Shown piece after piece: positions 19,555 through 28,385 of a stretch of DNA of 64,000 bases (position 1 is its first letter; the number at the start of each line of letters is the position of its first letter). The notes under the pieces were generated by a model that saw only the letters and a list, made by a program, of their open reading frames with translations, ran no database searches and was not told the DNA's origin. This DNA is from Escherichia phage vB_EcoP_DE5: sequence record MW741821.1; one strand, given 5' to 3'. The position numbers were made by a program, and so were the translations under genes.

Positions 19555-20168
19555 AACGAATCCACCAACGTAATATTATAATTGCTAAGGTTTTCAGAGA
19601 TGTGATGAAAATGCTCCAGAAGTCGCATCGGTTGCTGACCGTAAGAGTCACGAGGTGCTTCCAGATCTACTTGTCCTACCAGTGCACCTTTATAATGCAC
19701 CTTACCATCCGTAGGGTTGATGTAAATGTAACGAGTAACCAATCCATCAAATTCAGGATTGAACAGACTGTAAACCATTTCACCAGAGATCGAACGACCA
19801 ATCCCAGGAGCGTTTCGAATCTTGTTACCCATCAAACCCTTCGCTCTCTGACGAACAGGGTTGATGTGAGTCCAGCTTACAGTGTTACCGTTATGGAACA
19901 GATAACCAACATCAGGCGATTCAAGAATCAAGGTTGGGTCGAACACTGGAATATTCATCGTAGTGTTTCGAAGATTCCCTTGCTCATTCTTGTACCACTG
20001 CTCTACAACAAAGTACAAAGCCTGTTCTGCTTCGTGAGAGAAGTCATCGCTGCGGAAGTTACCGCTCTGCTCAACACCAATCACAAAACACGGAAGGTTG
20101 ATATTGCCTGCCCGTTTAGCAATCCATGTACCATTATAGTAATGAGAAAAATCAGCTACTAAGCTCAC
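19551..20168 (-). CDS. hypothetical protein
   Basis: 205 aa; operon with amidoligase genes. Confidence 0.5.
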   Translation of the reverse strand: MSLVADFSHYYNGTWIAKRAGNINLPCFVIGVEQSGNFRSDDFSHEAEQALYFVVEQWYKNEQGNLRNTTMNIPVFDPTLILESPDVGYLFHNGNTVSWTHINPVRQRAKGLMGNKIRNAPGIGRSISGEMVYSLFNPEFDGLVTRYIYINPTDGKVHYKGALVGQVDLEAPRDSYGQQPMRLLEHFHHISENLSNYNITLVDSL

Positions 20169-20177
20169 GATAACCTC

Positions 20178-20984
20178 TTATGCTACCTGAAGGAGTTTGA
20201 TCTGCTGGTCAGCTTCTTTAACGTTGTTCCCGTTAATGATTTCATGAAGCTTCTCAATCGGAAGGCGAGAGTGCAATGCCATCAGAGTGGACATATCACA
20301 CTGCTGAACAACCTTGTCAACCTGATCGTAAACAAACTTACGGTTTTCACGATCACTAATCCAGAAGTTAGACAGAGAGCGATATTCAATACCATAGTCT
20401 TTATAACGGATTGCAGATGCTTTACCGTAGAGTTCTTTACGGCGAGTATCTTTGTCCATAATTACTGCTGGGAGAGACAGGAAGTAGTCACACAGCACAC
20501 CAAGCATCATCTGAGTTTGCAGAGTGATATCCAAAGCACCAACTACGCCAAGATGTACGTGACCACCGGCAGTACGAAGTCCCTTATTCTGAGAAGTCGG
20601 GGATGGGTTTTTCTGACCAGTGAAGGCGTTGAAATCAGGAGTGCACCCGAAGATGAACGCTGATTCATTAAAGGTCTTCATCTCTTCTTCAGTGAATATG
20701 TGAGAGCTAACACCTGGAGCTGTTTCCATGTCTAGTTTGTTCAGGACATTGTTAGTGAGATCGATACCACGTTGCATGTTATCGTTAAACGCTTCAAAAC
20801 CGCTCTGTGGGTCGATATCAAACTCAGCCAGTACGTTGTCCTCTTGAAGACGAACATCTTTAGCCAGAGCGATCTTATCGTCCTTAGAGCAGCCTAATAA
20901 ACCGGCTACAGAGGTGATGATACCGTTGCTAGTACGAACGAACATTTCAGGGTCAGAGCCGATGAGGAATTTGCGCTTAGTCAT
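20178..20984 (-). CDS. putative second amidoligase (GCS2-like)
   Basis: 268 aa; IGSDPEMF and GGHVHLG motifs. Confidence 0.4.
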   Translation of the reverse strand: MTKRKFLIGSDPEMFVRTSNGIITSVAGLLGCSKDDKIALAKDVRLQEDNVLAEFDIDPQSGFEAFNDNMQRGIDLTNNVLNKLDMETAPGVSSHIFTEEEMKTFNESAFIFGCTPDFNAFTGQKNPSPTSQNKGLRTAGGHVHLGVVGALDITLQTQMMLGVLCDYFLSLPAVIMDKDTRRKELYGKASAIRYKDYGIEYRSLSNFWISDRENRKFVYDQVDKVVQQCDMSTLMALHSRLPIEKLHEIINGNNVKEADQQIKLLQVA

Positions 20985-21948
20985 TGTAATACTCCACTAG
21001 TTCAGAAAAGAGAGATGAGATTGTGTTACCAACTTCTTCAAGAGTAAGACCGGAATCTGCTCCAGTTCTTTGAATCAGTCGGGATGTAAAGTTTTGTACT
21101 GTAATGTTTCCCAACTTGTCGTCTATTGATTCACGTTTGTGACCATAGCAGTTGGACCAGAGTCTTAACCACTCTGACATTGTTTCATACTCGTCCGGGT
21201 CTTGATCTTTAGCACGAGCAAATCTTCGTAAGGCATCTTGGTTATGGTTACGAACATAACCATTCTCGTTGTCGCCAACACCGAAGGGGTTTTGAACCCA
21301 TACTTGCTTCGTGTATTCATCAGAGTCTACAACCAAAGGAAGGAATGCTGCTGCTGACATATTGTTGTTGATAACAATAGAGGTGCTCTCGCTACTCCCA
21401 TTGGCTCTCCCTCGTTGAGACCATCCACCGAAGAAGTCACGACCCAACCCAGCTAACATTAGAGCGATGCCGATGCGTTTACGCTTCAGCCACTCTTCCC
21501 TGTCTTCAATTCCTTCTGCTAGGAAATCCATTCCACGATATTGCCCTTCCAGAATACTACGAAAGAGCATAAGTCCTGTGAAGATCTGATCTGCTGGATG
21601 CTCACGAAGGTTGACAGCAACACTATTCGCTGAAGTGATCGTAAATACGTCACGATAGCAAGACATGGAGTTCATAATGTCTGCTGTTTCAACCAAATTC
21701 TTTTCAATATCAGATGTAACATGACCATGAAAAGAGTGAGTCCAGTAATTCAACATCTCCAGTTGCAAGTTGATATCACGGTTGAAGCGACGATAGCGCC
21801 CTTCTTCCGTGATAACTTCACCATTAATGTCATTTACACACTGGCCTTGCATGTAGTTGTGGATACCGAAGCACCCACGACCTAAGAACTTCTGTTCCCC
21901 TAAATCCTGTTGAAGATTCAGAGGTACGATCGTTGTGGAGATTGACAT
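20977..21948 (-). CDS. hypothetical protein
   Basis: 323 aa ORF. Confidence 0.5.
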   Translation of the reverse strand: MSISTTIVPLNLQQDLGEQKFLGRGCFGIHNYMQGQCVNDINGEVITEEGRYRRFNRDINLQLEMLNYWTHSFHGHVTSDIEKNLVETADIMNSMSCYRDVFTITSANSVAVNLREHPADQIFTGLMLFRSILEGQYRGMDFLAEGIEDREEWLKRKRIGIALMLAGLGRDFFGGWSQRGRANGSSESTSIVINNNMSAAAFLPLVVDSDEYTKQVWVQNPFGVGDNENGYVRNHNQDALRRFARAKDQDPDEYETMSEWLRLWSNCYGHKRESIDDKLGNITVQNFTSRLIQRTGADSGLTLEEVGNTISSLFSELVEYYND

Positions 21949-21958
21949 AACTAACCTT

Positions 21959-23155
21959 TTATTTTCCTAAAAATAATCCGCTCATAACACCATCCCACTC
22001 AGAGGATGGAATCACTGAATACTCCGAACTTTGGTCCAGAGTCCCACTACTAAATCGCTGAACAATGTTGTAGATGTTGAACAGGTCTTTAGCCTCGGCA
22101 CGAATGCCGTAGATTAGCCTGTTAGCTGTTTTCTCATTTTTAGACACGCGACGGGTAAAGTTAACCAAAAGATTATCACCTTTAAGTATCTCTGACCCAT
22201 CTTTTACTAGATCGGGGTGCATCACTGGCAAGAACATTGAGTTGTTAACTCGTAATTCTGCTGTTTCATCATTCTCGTAATGAATCCACTTAAAGTCTTC
22301 ATCACGGAAGTGACCACACCCGTCTCTGTACGACTGCTGACGCCAAGGTACTTGAAATGCTTCAGCATACTTATCAGCCATGCCAACCGTAAATAGCGAC
22401 GCTGGGAAGATACAAGCGTCCCAATCGTTACCAACCAGAGTAGCTTTCGTTTCACCCAAGAGGTTAGTGTAGGTACTAACCATTCGTGAGTAAACGTAAG
22501 CCTGAAGGATTGTCCAGCCTTCAACCAACCATTTGTGGAGGAAGGTTTCAACTTGACTCTCTTCATCTTCACAATAGAAGGTTCGATCTAACATCAAATA
22601 GAATAGACAACGATCAGCAGGAACATTTTCAGTTGCTACCCCCATAAAACCTTTATCGTGCCAGCGTAAACAGGAGGGACGATCTTTGTCCACAAATGCT
22701 TCCATAGCTTCCAGTACAGCACGAGGTGTGGTTCGATGTTCAGGGTTTTTGTCGTTCCAACGTTCAATGTTATTCTTAGGGGGCGTGTCTTCATCTTCAT
22801 ACGAACACCAACTTAAAGCTTCAGCTACATGCTTTTCATCACGCCAACGTCTAAAGCCTAACATCTTCATATGAGTTCCAGAGTTCCAGATATGCTTGAT
22901 TTTACACATATCCATCTCTCGGCTTAACAGGAACTCTTCCCCATCAGCACTACGAACGTTAGCTTCTTCATGCCACACTCGAACGTGCATATTCCATCCA
23001 TGAGTGGCCTCATACATGTTAGGGTCGAAGTAGTCATCATCTTCGTCGTCTTCATCAACGCCGCCATTATAGTTGCGAAGTTGAAGGAATCCATAACAAG
23101 GAGGACTAACCGTTAAAACATTACCTTCAGTATCTTCTAATGTTACTGGAAACAT
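21959..23155 (-). CDS. hypothetical protein
   Basis: 398 aa ORF. Confidence 0.5.
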   Translation of the reverse strand: MFPVTLEDTEGNVLTVSPPCYGFLQLRNYNGGVDEDDEDDDYFDPNMYEATHGWNMHVRVWHEEANVRSADGEEFLLSREMDMCKIKHIWNSGTHMKMLGFRRWRDEKHVAEALSWCSYEDEDTPPKNNIERWNDKNPEHRTTPRAVLEAMEAFVDKDRPSCLRWHDKGFMGVATENVPADRCLFYLMLDRTFYCEDEESQVETFLHKWLVEGWTILQAYVYSRMVSTYTNLLGETKATLVGNDWDACIFPASLFTVGMADKYAEAFQVPWRQQSYRDGCGHFRDEDFKWIHYENDETAELRVNNSMFLPVMHPDLVKDGSEILKGDNLLVNFTRRVSKNEKTANRLIYGIRAEAKDLFNIYNIVQRFSSGTLDQSSEYSVIPSSEWDGVMSGLFLGK

Positions 23156-23166
23156 TATACCAACCT

Positions 23167-23529
23167 CTATTGGTTTTTAATCAACTCGATCGATTTACGG
23201 ATATAGAGAATATCTCGGAAGTTTCGATAGTTGTTCATAAATTGATGCTTCTGAAACTCTGCTTCAAGTAGGGCTTCTTTAGCACTTTCGTAGTTCTTAC
23301 GGGCAAGATGTACAACCCGCTCCGGTAACATATTTGCACGACGGATGATATACTTGTGAGCTTTCATGTTGCTTTGCTCACGAGTAATCTTACCTTTAGC
23401 AACTTTGATACCATTTGCAATCCAAGCAAGTTCTTGCTCAAGCTCATCGTTGGACATTCCACCGAGATTTGATGCAACCTTGTTCAGAGTTTCAATATTA
23501 ACGTTGCCCTTAATGGGACGTGTATTCAT
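23167..23529 (-). CDS. hypothetical protein
   Basis: 120 aa ORF. Confidence 0.5.
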   Translation of the reverse strand: MNTRPIKGNVNIETLNKVASNLGGMSNDELEQELAWIANGIKVAKGKITREQSNMKAHKYIIRRANMLPERVVHLARKNYESAKEALLEAEFQKHQFMNNYRNFRDILYIRKSIELIKNQ

Positions 23530-23531
23530 AC

Positions 23532-23684
23532 TTACTCCTGTTGTTTACACTCGTCAATAACCCACTGATAAGTGGATTGCCCAGAAAAGAAACACTGAAT
23601 AAATCCAGATGTTCTCTGCGTTACCAGTGCTAGTGCACAAATCACTACCGCTGCTGCTAGCAGTTTTAAATCTAATTTAGACAT
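23532..23684 (-). CDS. small membrane/secreted protein
   Basis: 50 aa hand-translated (MSKLDLKLLAAAVVICALALV...), hydrophobic N-terminus. Confidence 0.35.
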   Translation of the reverse strand: MSKLDLKLLAAAVVICALALVTQRTSGFIQCFFSGQSTYQWVIDECKQQE

Positions 23685-23701
23685 ATTTCCTCTCATTGAA
23701 T

Positions 23702-23728
23702 TTAAAAAAGGACTCTCCGAAAAGAGTC
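23702..23728 (-). terminator. Rho-independent terminator (minus strand)
   Basis: Hairpin GACUCU-UUUCGG-AGAGUC followed by CUUUUUU. Confidence 0.55.
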
Positions 23729-23920
23729 AAGCTTTAAATCCAAAAAAGATATTACCCAATATCTGTGGATAACCTGCTCTTAAAATATCTATCCGACGGA
23801 TGTTCGAGGAATATTCCTCTCTTTAGCATCGGCCCCATACGGGAAATATATTAAGATTAGGTTAGTTGAGTCAGAATAACTCACATAGCCCTCCGAAGAA
23901 GGCTATAGGCGTTACTACAA

Positions 23921-24139
23921 CTAAAAATCACCTGATTTTACAAAATCATCACTAAGAATTTCGTCAATCTCTTTGCCGGTCAAATCTTTCCTGAACCAGC
24001 AACAAGGAACATTCACCCATTGACCAGAGTTGTTCTCTACAGAGCATAGATTCCCTGTCTTACTCTTGCATTTATAAGATTTTCCTTTATCTAGGCGATA
24101 GTGTAATCTGTAAACTACAGACACAAGTGTTATCATCAC
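23921..24139 (-). CDS. hypothetical protein
   Basis: 72 aa ORF. Confidence 0.4.
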   Translation of the reverse strand: MMITLVSVVYRLHYRLDKGKSYKCKSKTGNLCSVENNSGQWVNVPCCWFRKDLTGKEIDEILSDDFVKSGDF

Positions 24140-24369
24140 TCACCTTTCTTAGCACGATCTTTGGCAGTTTTGCCAGTGCGGATGCGATGAGAAACGTTAA
24201 CCAGAGTGCCACCATCAACTACGGTAACGCTCTTATTTTTAGCCAGATCAAACACAGTCTTCTCTGTACCACCCAAGCGAATTTGCTTAGGTTCGCTGAA
24301 GGTTTGGGTTGATTTGGATTGGAACTGAAACGGTTGACGGATTGCATCGATTGCGCTTACTTTAGACAT
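24136..24369 (-). CDS. hypothetical protein
   Basis: 77 aa; AAGGAA SD. Confidence 0.45.
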   Translation of the reverse strand: MSKVSAIDAIRQPFQFQSKSTQTFSEPKQIRLGGTEKTVFDLAKNKSVTVVDGGTLVNVSHRIRTGKTAKDRAKKGE

Positions 24370-24383
24370 AGGGGAAATTCCTT

Positions 24384-24419
24384 AAAAAATTATGGCTGCG
24401 TAGAGGGAATTCCCTACGC
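24384..24419 (-). terminator. hairpin plus U-tract (terminator-like) after conserved element
   Basis: GCGUAGGGAAUUCCCUCUACGC hairpin then UUUUUU about 8 nt downstream. Confidence 0.4.
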
Positions 24420-24433
24420 AAATCGGGCCGCCC

Positions 24434-24462
24434 ACAGAGAGGCGTCATAGTACTAAAAGGAG
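24434..24462 (-). repeat. conserved 25-30 nt intergenic element (copy 1) containing TTTTAGTACTATGACGC
   Basis: Near-identical element at 31566-31597, each followed on the minus strand by a hairpin/U-tract. Confidence 0.5.
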
Positions 24463-24601
24463 GAGAGAAGAGGGCTTATTTAGCTACCTTTTTCTGTCCG
24501 TTTACGAACCAGATAATTGAACCGTCAGGCTGTCGTTGACCGAAGCCTTTCTGGTTAATCATATCGTCATAAGAATATGCTTTACGTCTCATTTGTTTTC
24601 C

Positions 24602-24856
24602 CTACGAAGTTAAGATGATTTCAGCCTTAATAAACTTCTCACCAACAACCATATCACCAGAGATGACACGTAGTTCTCCAGTGCCTAGGTTAACAGCTCC
24701 AGCAGGTTGACAACCCCTGCTTTTAGCTGTCATCATATAAACCTTTTGATTTTGGCACTCTTGGAGAGTGAACACATCTGACATATTTAGATCTCTGACG
24801 CGGAGGATTTTTTCCTCTTTGTCTTTAACTTTAATGTTAATAATGCTCATATGCAC
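24602..24856 (-). CDS. small protein, paralog family member
   Basis: 84 aa; tandem array, N-terminal K-rich segment followed by L..L..GDVF-like motif. Confidence 0.5.
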   Translation of the reverse strand: MHMSIINIKVKDKEEKILRVRDLNMSDVFTLQECQNQKVYMMTAKSRGCQPAGAVNLGTGELRVISGDMVVGEKFIKAEIILTS

Positions 24857-25101
24857 TACTCCTGAACCACTGACATACGAATCATTTCTACCTGATCATC
24901 AAGACCTTTAACAGATAACATACCTGTGGAAAGGTTTACCACAGGAACCCAACCACTGGCTATACGGATGTTACCAGAAGCATTTTCAACCCTCATGTAA
25001 TACTGAGGAGAGGCACTTCCGTTCTGAACCACGAAAGGGTTTCCGGGAATGATTGTTTCCAATCGTACCGTATTATCCTTTTTCTTTGGGATGATTTTCA
25101 T
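24856..25101 (-). CDS. small protein, paralog family member
   Basis: 81 aa; MKIIPKKKDNTVRLETIIPGNPF. Confidence 0.5.
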   Translation of the reverse strand: MKIIPKKKDNTVRLETIIPGNPFVVQNGSASPQYYMRVENASGNIRIASGWVPVVNLSTGMLSVKGLDDQVEMIRMSVVQE

Positions 25102-25349
25102 TGCGTATTATCCACCAAAAGTTCTGCTGATACAGGAACAACTCGGCACCAGATAGAAGGTGCTGTTACGTTACCATCGGATAGACGAAGAGTAATTGTT
25201 CGATCAGAGTTAACGGTTACATTAGGACTTTCAGACACAGACCCTTTAACATAGAGAGTAGCACTCTCAGGGAATTTAAACACTGCTCCGCTGGGGAGGG
25301 AGTTGAGATCAATCGTGGTCACTTCTTCTTTCTTGTGGGTAATCTTCAT
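25098..25349 (-). CDS. small protein, paralog family member
   Basis: 83 aa; MKITHKKEEVTTIDLNSLPSGAVF. Confidence 0.5.
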   Translation of the reverse strand: MKITHKKEEVTTIDLNSLPSGAVFKFPESATLYVKGSVSESPNVTVNSDRTITLRLSDGNVTAPSIWCRVVPVSAELLVDNTQ

Positions 25350-25600
25350 TTAGAATCCTTAATAACGTTAGCTTCAACCTTAACAGGAATAACAGAGATG
25401 CCCTCAACGGGGCCACTTAAGTGTCCATCTTCCAGTCTGACACACACGACTCGATCTCGTGCAACTTCTACCCAATTAGTAGATGCCGCAGTACAGACCA
25501 TATGAATTGGACCGTTCTCTTCCAGCCGGAAGGTATCGCCCTTCTTCAGAGTGTGGAGTTTCACAGTCTTGATAGTTTTGTTCAATTCGTTAACTTTCAT
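25346..25600 (-). CDS. small protein, paralog family member
   Basis: 84 aa; MKVNELNKTIKTVKLHTLKKGDTF. Confidence 0.5.
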   Translation of the reverse strand: MKVNELNKTIKTVKLHTLKKGDTFRLEENGPIHMVCTAASTNWVEVARDRVVCVRLEDGHLSGPVEGISVIPVKVEANVIKDSK

Positions 25601-25608
25601 ATTGATTC

Positions 25609-25920
25609 CTATTTAAGTTTGAGGCTAATGTTAAGGTGCATACATGCTCTGTTCTGTACAGCAGCATAACTTCTACCGAGCATGTCAGCCATTCTCTGAA
25701 TAGACATGAACCCAGCATTACGGATAAGGAACTGGTCCTCTTCTTCAGACCATTTAACTCGGATTGAAGCTCTTGATATGCCGAATTTAGTGCAAGCTGT
25801 GTTAACAGCATTCTCCGTTACATTCATAATCTGAGCTACTTCTTGAACCGAGTACTCTTTGATTAGTCTCCGAAGATTTTCAATCTGCATCGGAGTCCAT
25901 ATAGTTCTTCGTGCTTTCAT
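25609..25920 (-). CDS. DNA-binding protein with two tandem Myb/SANT-like helix-turn-helix repeats
   Basis: 103 aa; two W-[TS]-x-E-E-D...L repeats (RRTIWTPMQIENLRRL... and VKWSEEEDQFLIRNAG...). Confidence 0.5.
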   Translation of the reverse strand: MKARRTIWTPMQIENLRRLIKEYSVQEVAQIMNVTENAVNTACTKFGISRASIRVKWSEEEDQFLIRNAGFMSIQRMADMLGRSYAAVQNRACMHLNISLKLK

Positions 25921-26415
25921 ACATCCTCCAATTAATTGTTAAAACTATCAGGGGAGAACACTAGCTCTGGGCCACGCTGTAGATATTGGCCTACCTTCCA
26001 CAGCTAATCAGCTAATATACTCCCCTAATAGTTTATGAATAGGGGGAGGGGACGAATCCTCCCTTATCCTATTAGTTAATATTGCATGTAAGATCTAACA
26101 ATCGGTTGCCTTTGTAGGAATAAGCGTAAAGCCAATCCAGCACTAAACTCCCGCCCCCTTAGTGGGCTGGGTTATTAAAGGGTAACGCCCTTATGGGCTA
26201 GTTACATGAATGTTAGTTTGATAGGAGATCTGAAGTCCTATCTCAAAGGACTCTCGTAAGAATCCTTCACGATATTACTTATTCATCTCTCGTCGGCTAT
26301 CTCTCCAAGCCAACCAAGTGTAGGTTTTCAGTTCTTCAAAGTCTTCTGGAGAGAATAGATACTCTTTGAAGGTGTTCCCAAACCACTCTAAAAATTCTTC
26401 AGTCATAAGATTCTC

Positions 26416-26589
26416 TTAACAAGATTGGTCACACGGCTGATCACCACATGTTTTACAGATCACTGGTGAGTAACTACAGGCAGGATAAACAGACACCCCA
26501 TCAAACGTCTCACATCCACAATCAGGACATGTACCGTTGGATTCCATGTCATCATCGTCATCTACTTCACCGCCACCAAAACAACTCAT
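26416..26589 (-). CDS. small acidic Cys-rich protein
   Basis: 57 aa hand-translated (MSCFGGGEVDDDDDMESNGTCPDCGC...), AAGGAG SD; below track cutoff. Confidence 0.4.
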   Translation of the reverse strand: MSCFGGGEVDDDDDMESNGTCPDCGCETFDGVSVYPACSYSPVICKTCGDQPCDQSC

Positions 26590-26598
26590 ACAGGCTCC

Positions 26599-26820
26599 TT
26601 AGTAAACTAAACCTGTAGCCTTTGCATCAGGCTGAGGGACTACTTTTGCACTAGGGCGATAGCCATCCACTGAGCCGTTCCAAAGATTGACACAGGTGAT
26701 ATATCCATCGTCTATGATGTCTGTTTTAATCCAGAAGTGTTTATCATGACCAAAAATACTTCCGTTTGGCAGCGTGGACAATTCAACAGTTTTAAGTGAC
26801 TGCTTAGAGTCTAGTTTCAT
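26599..26820 (-). CDS. small protein, paralog family member
   Basis: 73 aa; MKLDSKQSLKTVELSTLPNGSIF. Confidence 0.5.
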   Translation of the reverse strand: MKLDSKQSLKTVELSTLPNGSIFGHDKHFWIKTDIIDDGYITCVNLWNGSVDGYRPSAKVVPQPDAKATGLVY

Positions 26821-26829
26821 ATAAGTTCC

Positions 26830-27027
26830 TTAATATACCAAACCATGTAAAAGAAACATCCTCTTTGTAAGCTCTGCTTTAGCTCTGTAATAAGCCTTAG
26901 AACCTAACAGGCGGCTCTTAACAAAGAACTTAATGTCATTGCTAACATCTTGTATTAAACGCTCCTGTACAGTTTCTGAGGAGTTATTAATCGAATCAAT
27001 TAACACCTTTGTAGATGTGTAATTCAT
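26830..27027 (-). CDS. hypothetical protein
   Basis: Track ORF 26830-27219 trimmed to internal Met with AAGGAG SD (65 aa). Confidence 0.4.
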   Translation of the reverse strand: MNYTSTKVLIDSINNSSETVQERLIQDVSNDIKFFVKSRLLGSKAYYRAKAELTKRMFLLHGLVY

Positions 27028-27028
27028 A

Positions 27029-27328
27029 TCACCACTCCTTACCGGTTGTAATCGTAGAGCCACCACACCACAATGCTGTATCAATAACAACATTATCCGG
27101 TGTAGACTTCTCTTCGTTGATAGAAGGGTTAGCATTAGAACAGGTTGCTCCGTTCCATCGCATATCAATTTCACCAGAAGGAATCTTCTCACCCTTATGC
27201 CAGCGAGAAACACAAACACCTTCCACTGCTACTGCACACCATCCATCAGGACGGCTCTGTACGCAGCCTGTAAGGGCTATGCAGACAAGGAAGATACAGA
27301 TTAAGGATATTACACCACCCCAACTCAT
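27029..27328 (-). CDS. predicted lipoprotein
   Basis: 99 aa; signal peptide with lipobox ALTGC; AGGAGGT SD. Confidence 0.6.
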   Translation of the reverse strand: MSWGGVISLICIFLVCIALTGCVQSRPDGWCAVAVEGVCVSRWHKGEKIPSGEIDMRWNGATCSNANPSINEEKSTPDNVVIDTALWCGGSTITTGKEW

Positions 27329-27348
27329 AATTACCTCCTATTAGATTT

Positions 27349-27440
27349 GGTGGACTATCTGGAATCGAACCAGAAGCTCACTAAGAAAGTAATTCCCACT
27401 GTTATAAAAGCACTTGCCTCAACAGGGATACACTAACTCT
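27349..27440 (-). other. tRNA-like element (T-arm present; full cloverleaf not resolved)
   Basis: Minus-strand UCUGG-UUCGAUU-CCAGA T-arm followed by UAGUCCA-CCA, but no matching 5' acceptor strand found by hand. Confidence 0.3.
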
Positions 27441-27468
27441 GGTGCCGCACCCATACTAGCCCTAAATG

Positions 27469-27544
27469 TGGTGCGCCCTACAGGACTCGAACCTGTAACC
27501 AATAGCTTAGAAGGCTACTGCTCTATCCATTGAGCTAAGAGCGC
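27469..27544 (-). tRNA. tRNA-Arg (anticodon TCT)
   Basis: Hand-folded: acceptor GCGCTCT/AGGGCGC, D-arm GCTC-AATGGATA-GAGC, anticodon stem GTAGC/GCTAT with loop CTTCTAA, T-arm ACAGG-TTCGAGT-CCTGT, discriminator A, encoded CCA. Confidence 0.85.
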
Positions 27545-27719
27545 AGAATTATTTAGATCATATCTCGCTTGGTGATATGACCACATGTTTTACATCGAAG
27601 TATATAACGAGTACCTGTGTCTTCTATTTGACCAATCTCATTATATATGTGTAAACGAACTTCTTTTATTGTCTCCCAATCATGCAGATGGAATAGACGT
27701 TTAAACCACTTGAACATAA

Positions 27720-27953
27720 TTACACCACCTCAACGAGAGATGTTTTCCATGCAAACAGAGGTCCATTATCGTTAAGATAAACAGCTCCTCCCGTCTCGAA
27801 CGGAGTCCCATAAGGAAGTGCCCAAGCATACCCACGAATTTCTGGCTTATGGGTAAACCCATATACCTCGCCGTTGCTATCAGTTGCTAAATATCTTATA
27901 GAGCTGTCCACTTTAACAACTTCGCCAAAATATTTAACCTCTTTTCCTTTCAT
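27720..27953 (-). CDS. hypothetical protein
   Basis: Track ORF trimmed to MKGKEVKYF Met with GAGG SD. Confidence 0.45.
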   Translation of the reverse strand: MKGKEVKYFGEVVKVDSSIRYLATDSNGEVYGFTHKPEIRGYAWALPYGTPFETGGAVYLNDNGPLFAWKTSLVEVV

Positions 27954-27960
27954 ATTAACC

Positions 27961-28212
27961 TCAAGCACAAGCAGGGAGTGTGATGATTTTATGCTTACCA
28001 TCAAATTCTCCAAATAAACCTAAGAATGTGGGACTGTAAGTTCCAGTACAAACAAACTCATCAAACAATGCGTTATAACTAGGCTTGATCTTCCAAGCCC
28101 ATACATAACCCATCTTGTCAATTGCAATGTAACGAGTGTTCAGAGGAACAGTCATCATTATACCATCAACTTCGATCACTTTAGTGATTGGTGCAGCTTG
28201 GAAGTTTTTCAT
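27961..28212 (-). CDS. hypothetical protein
   Basis: 83 aa ORF. Confidence 0.45.
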   Translation of the reverse strand: MKNFQAAPITKVIEVDGIMMTVPLNTRYIAIDKMGYVWAWKIKPSYNALFDEFVCTGTYSPTFLGLFGEFDGKHKIITLPACA

Positions 28213-28385
28213 ACTTTACCTTTGATAAAAATGTCATTACCACAGACACAGCATGAACGAACAACAGTAGCGCCACGCTGAACAATACGAACCTCTTCCT
28301 TAACCAGACTAATACGAGCACCGCAGCAAGGAGAGTTGACATAAGAGTAACCAGCTTGCGTATGTTTGATTATTTGCTTAGACAT
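28209..28385 (-). CDS. small zinc-ribbon protein
   Basis: 58 aa hand-translated (…SPCCGAR…SCCVCGN…); ATGA overlap with downstream gene. Confidence 0.4.
   Translation of the reverse strand: MSKQIIKHTQAGYSYVNSPCCGARISLVKEEVRIVQRGATVVRSCCVCGNDIFIKGKV

Noticed and set aside
26830-27219. Full-length 129-aa track ORF
   Set aside because: The N-terminal 64 residues overlap the better-supported lipoprotein gene 27029-27328 in another frame and lack a ribosome-binding site; trimmed to the internal Met at 27027.
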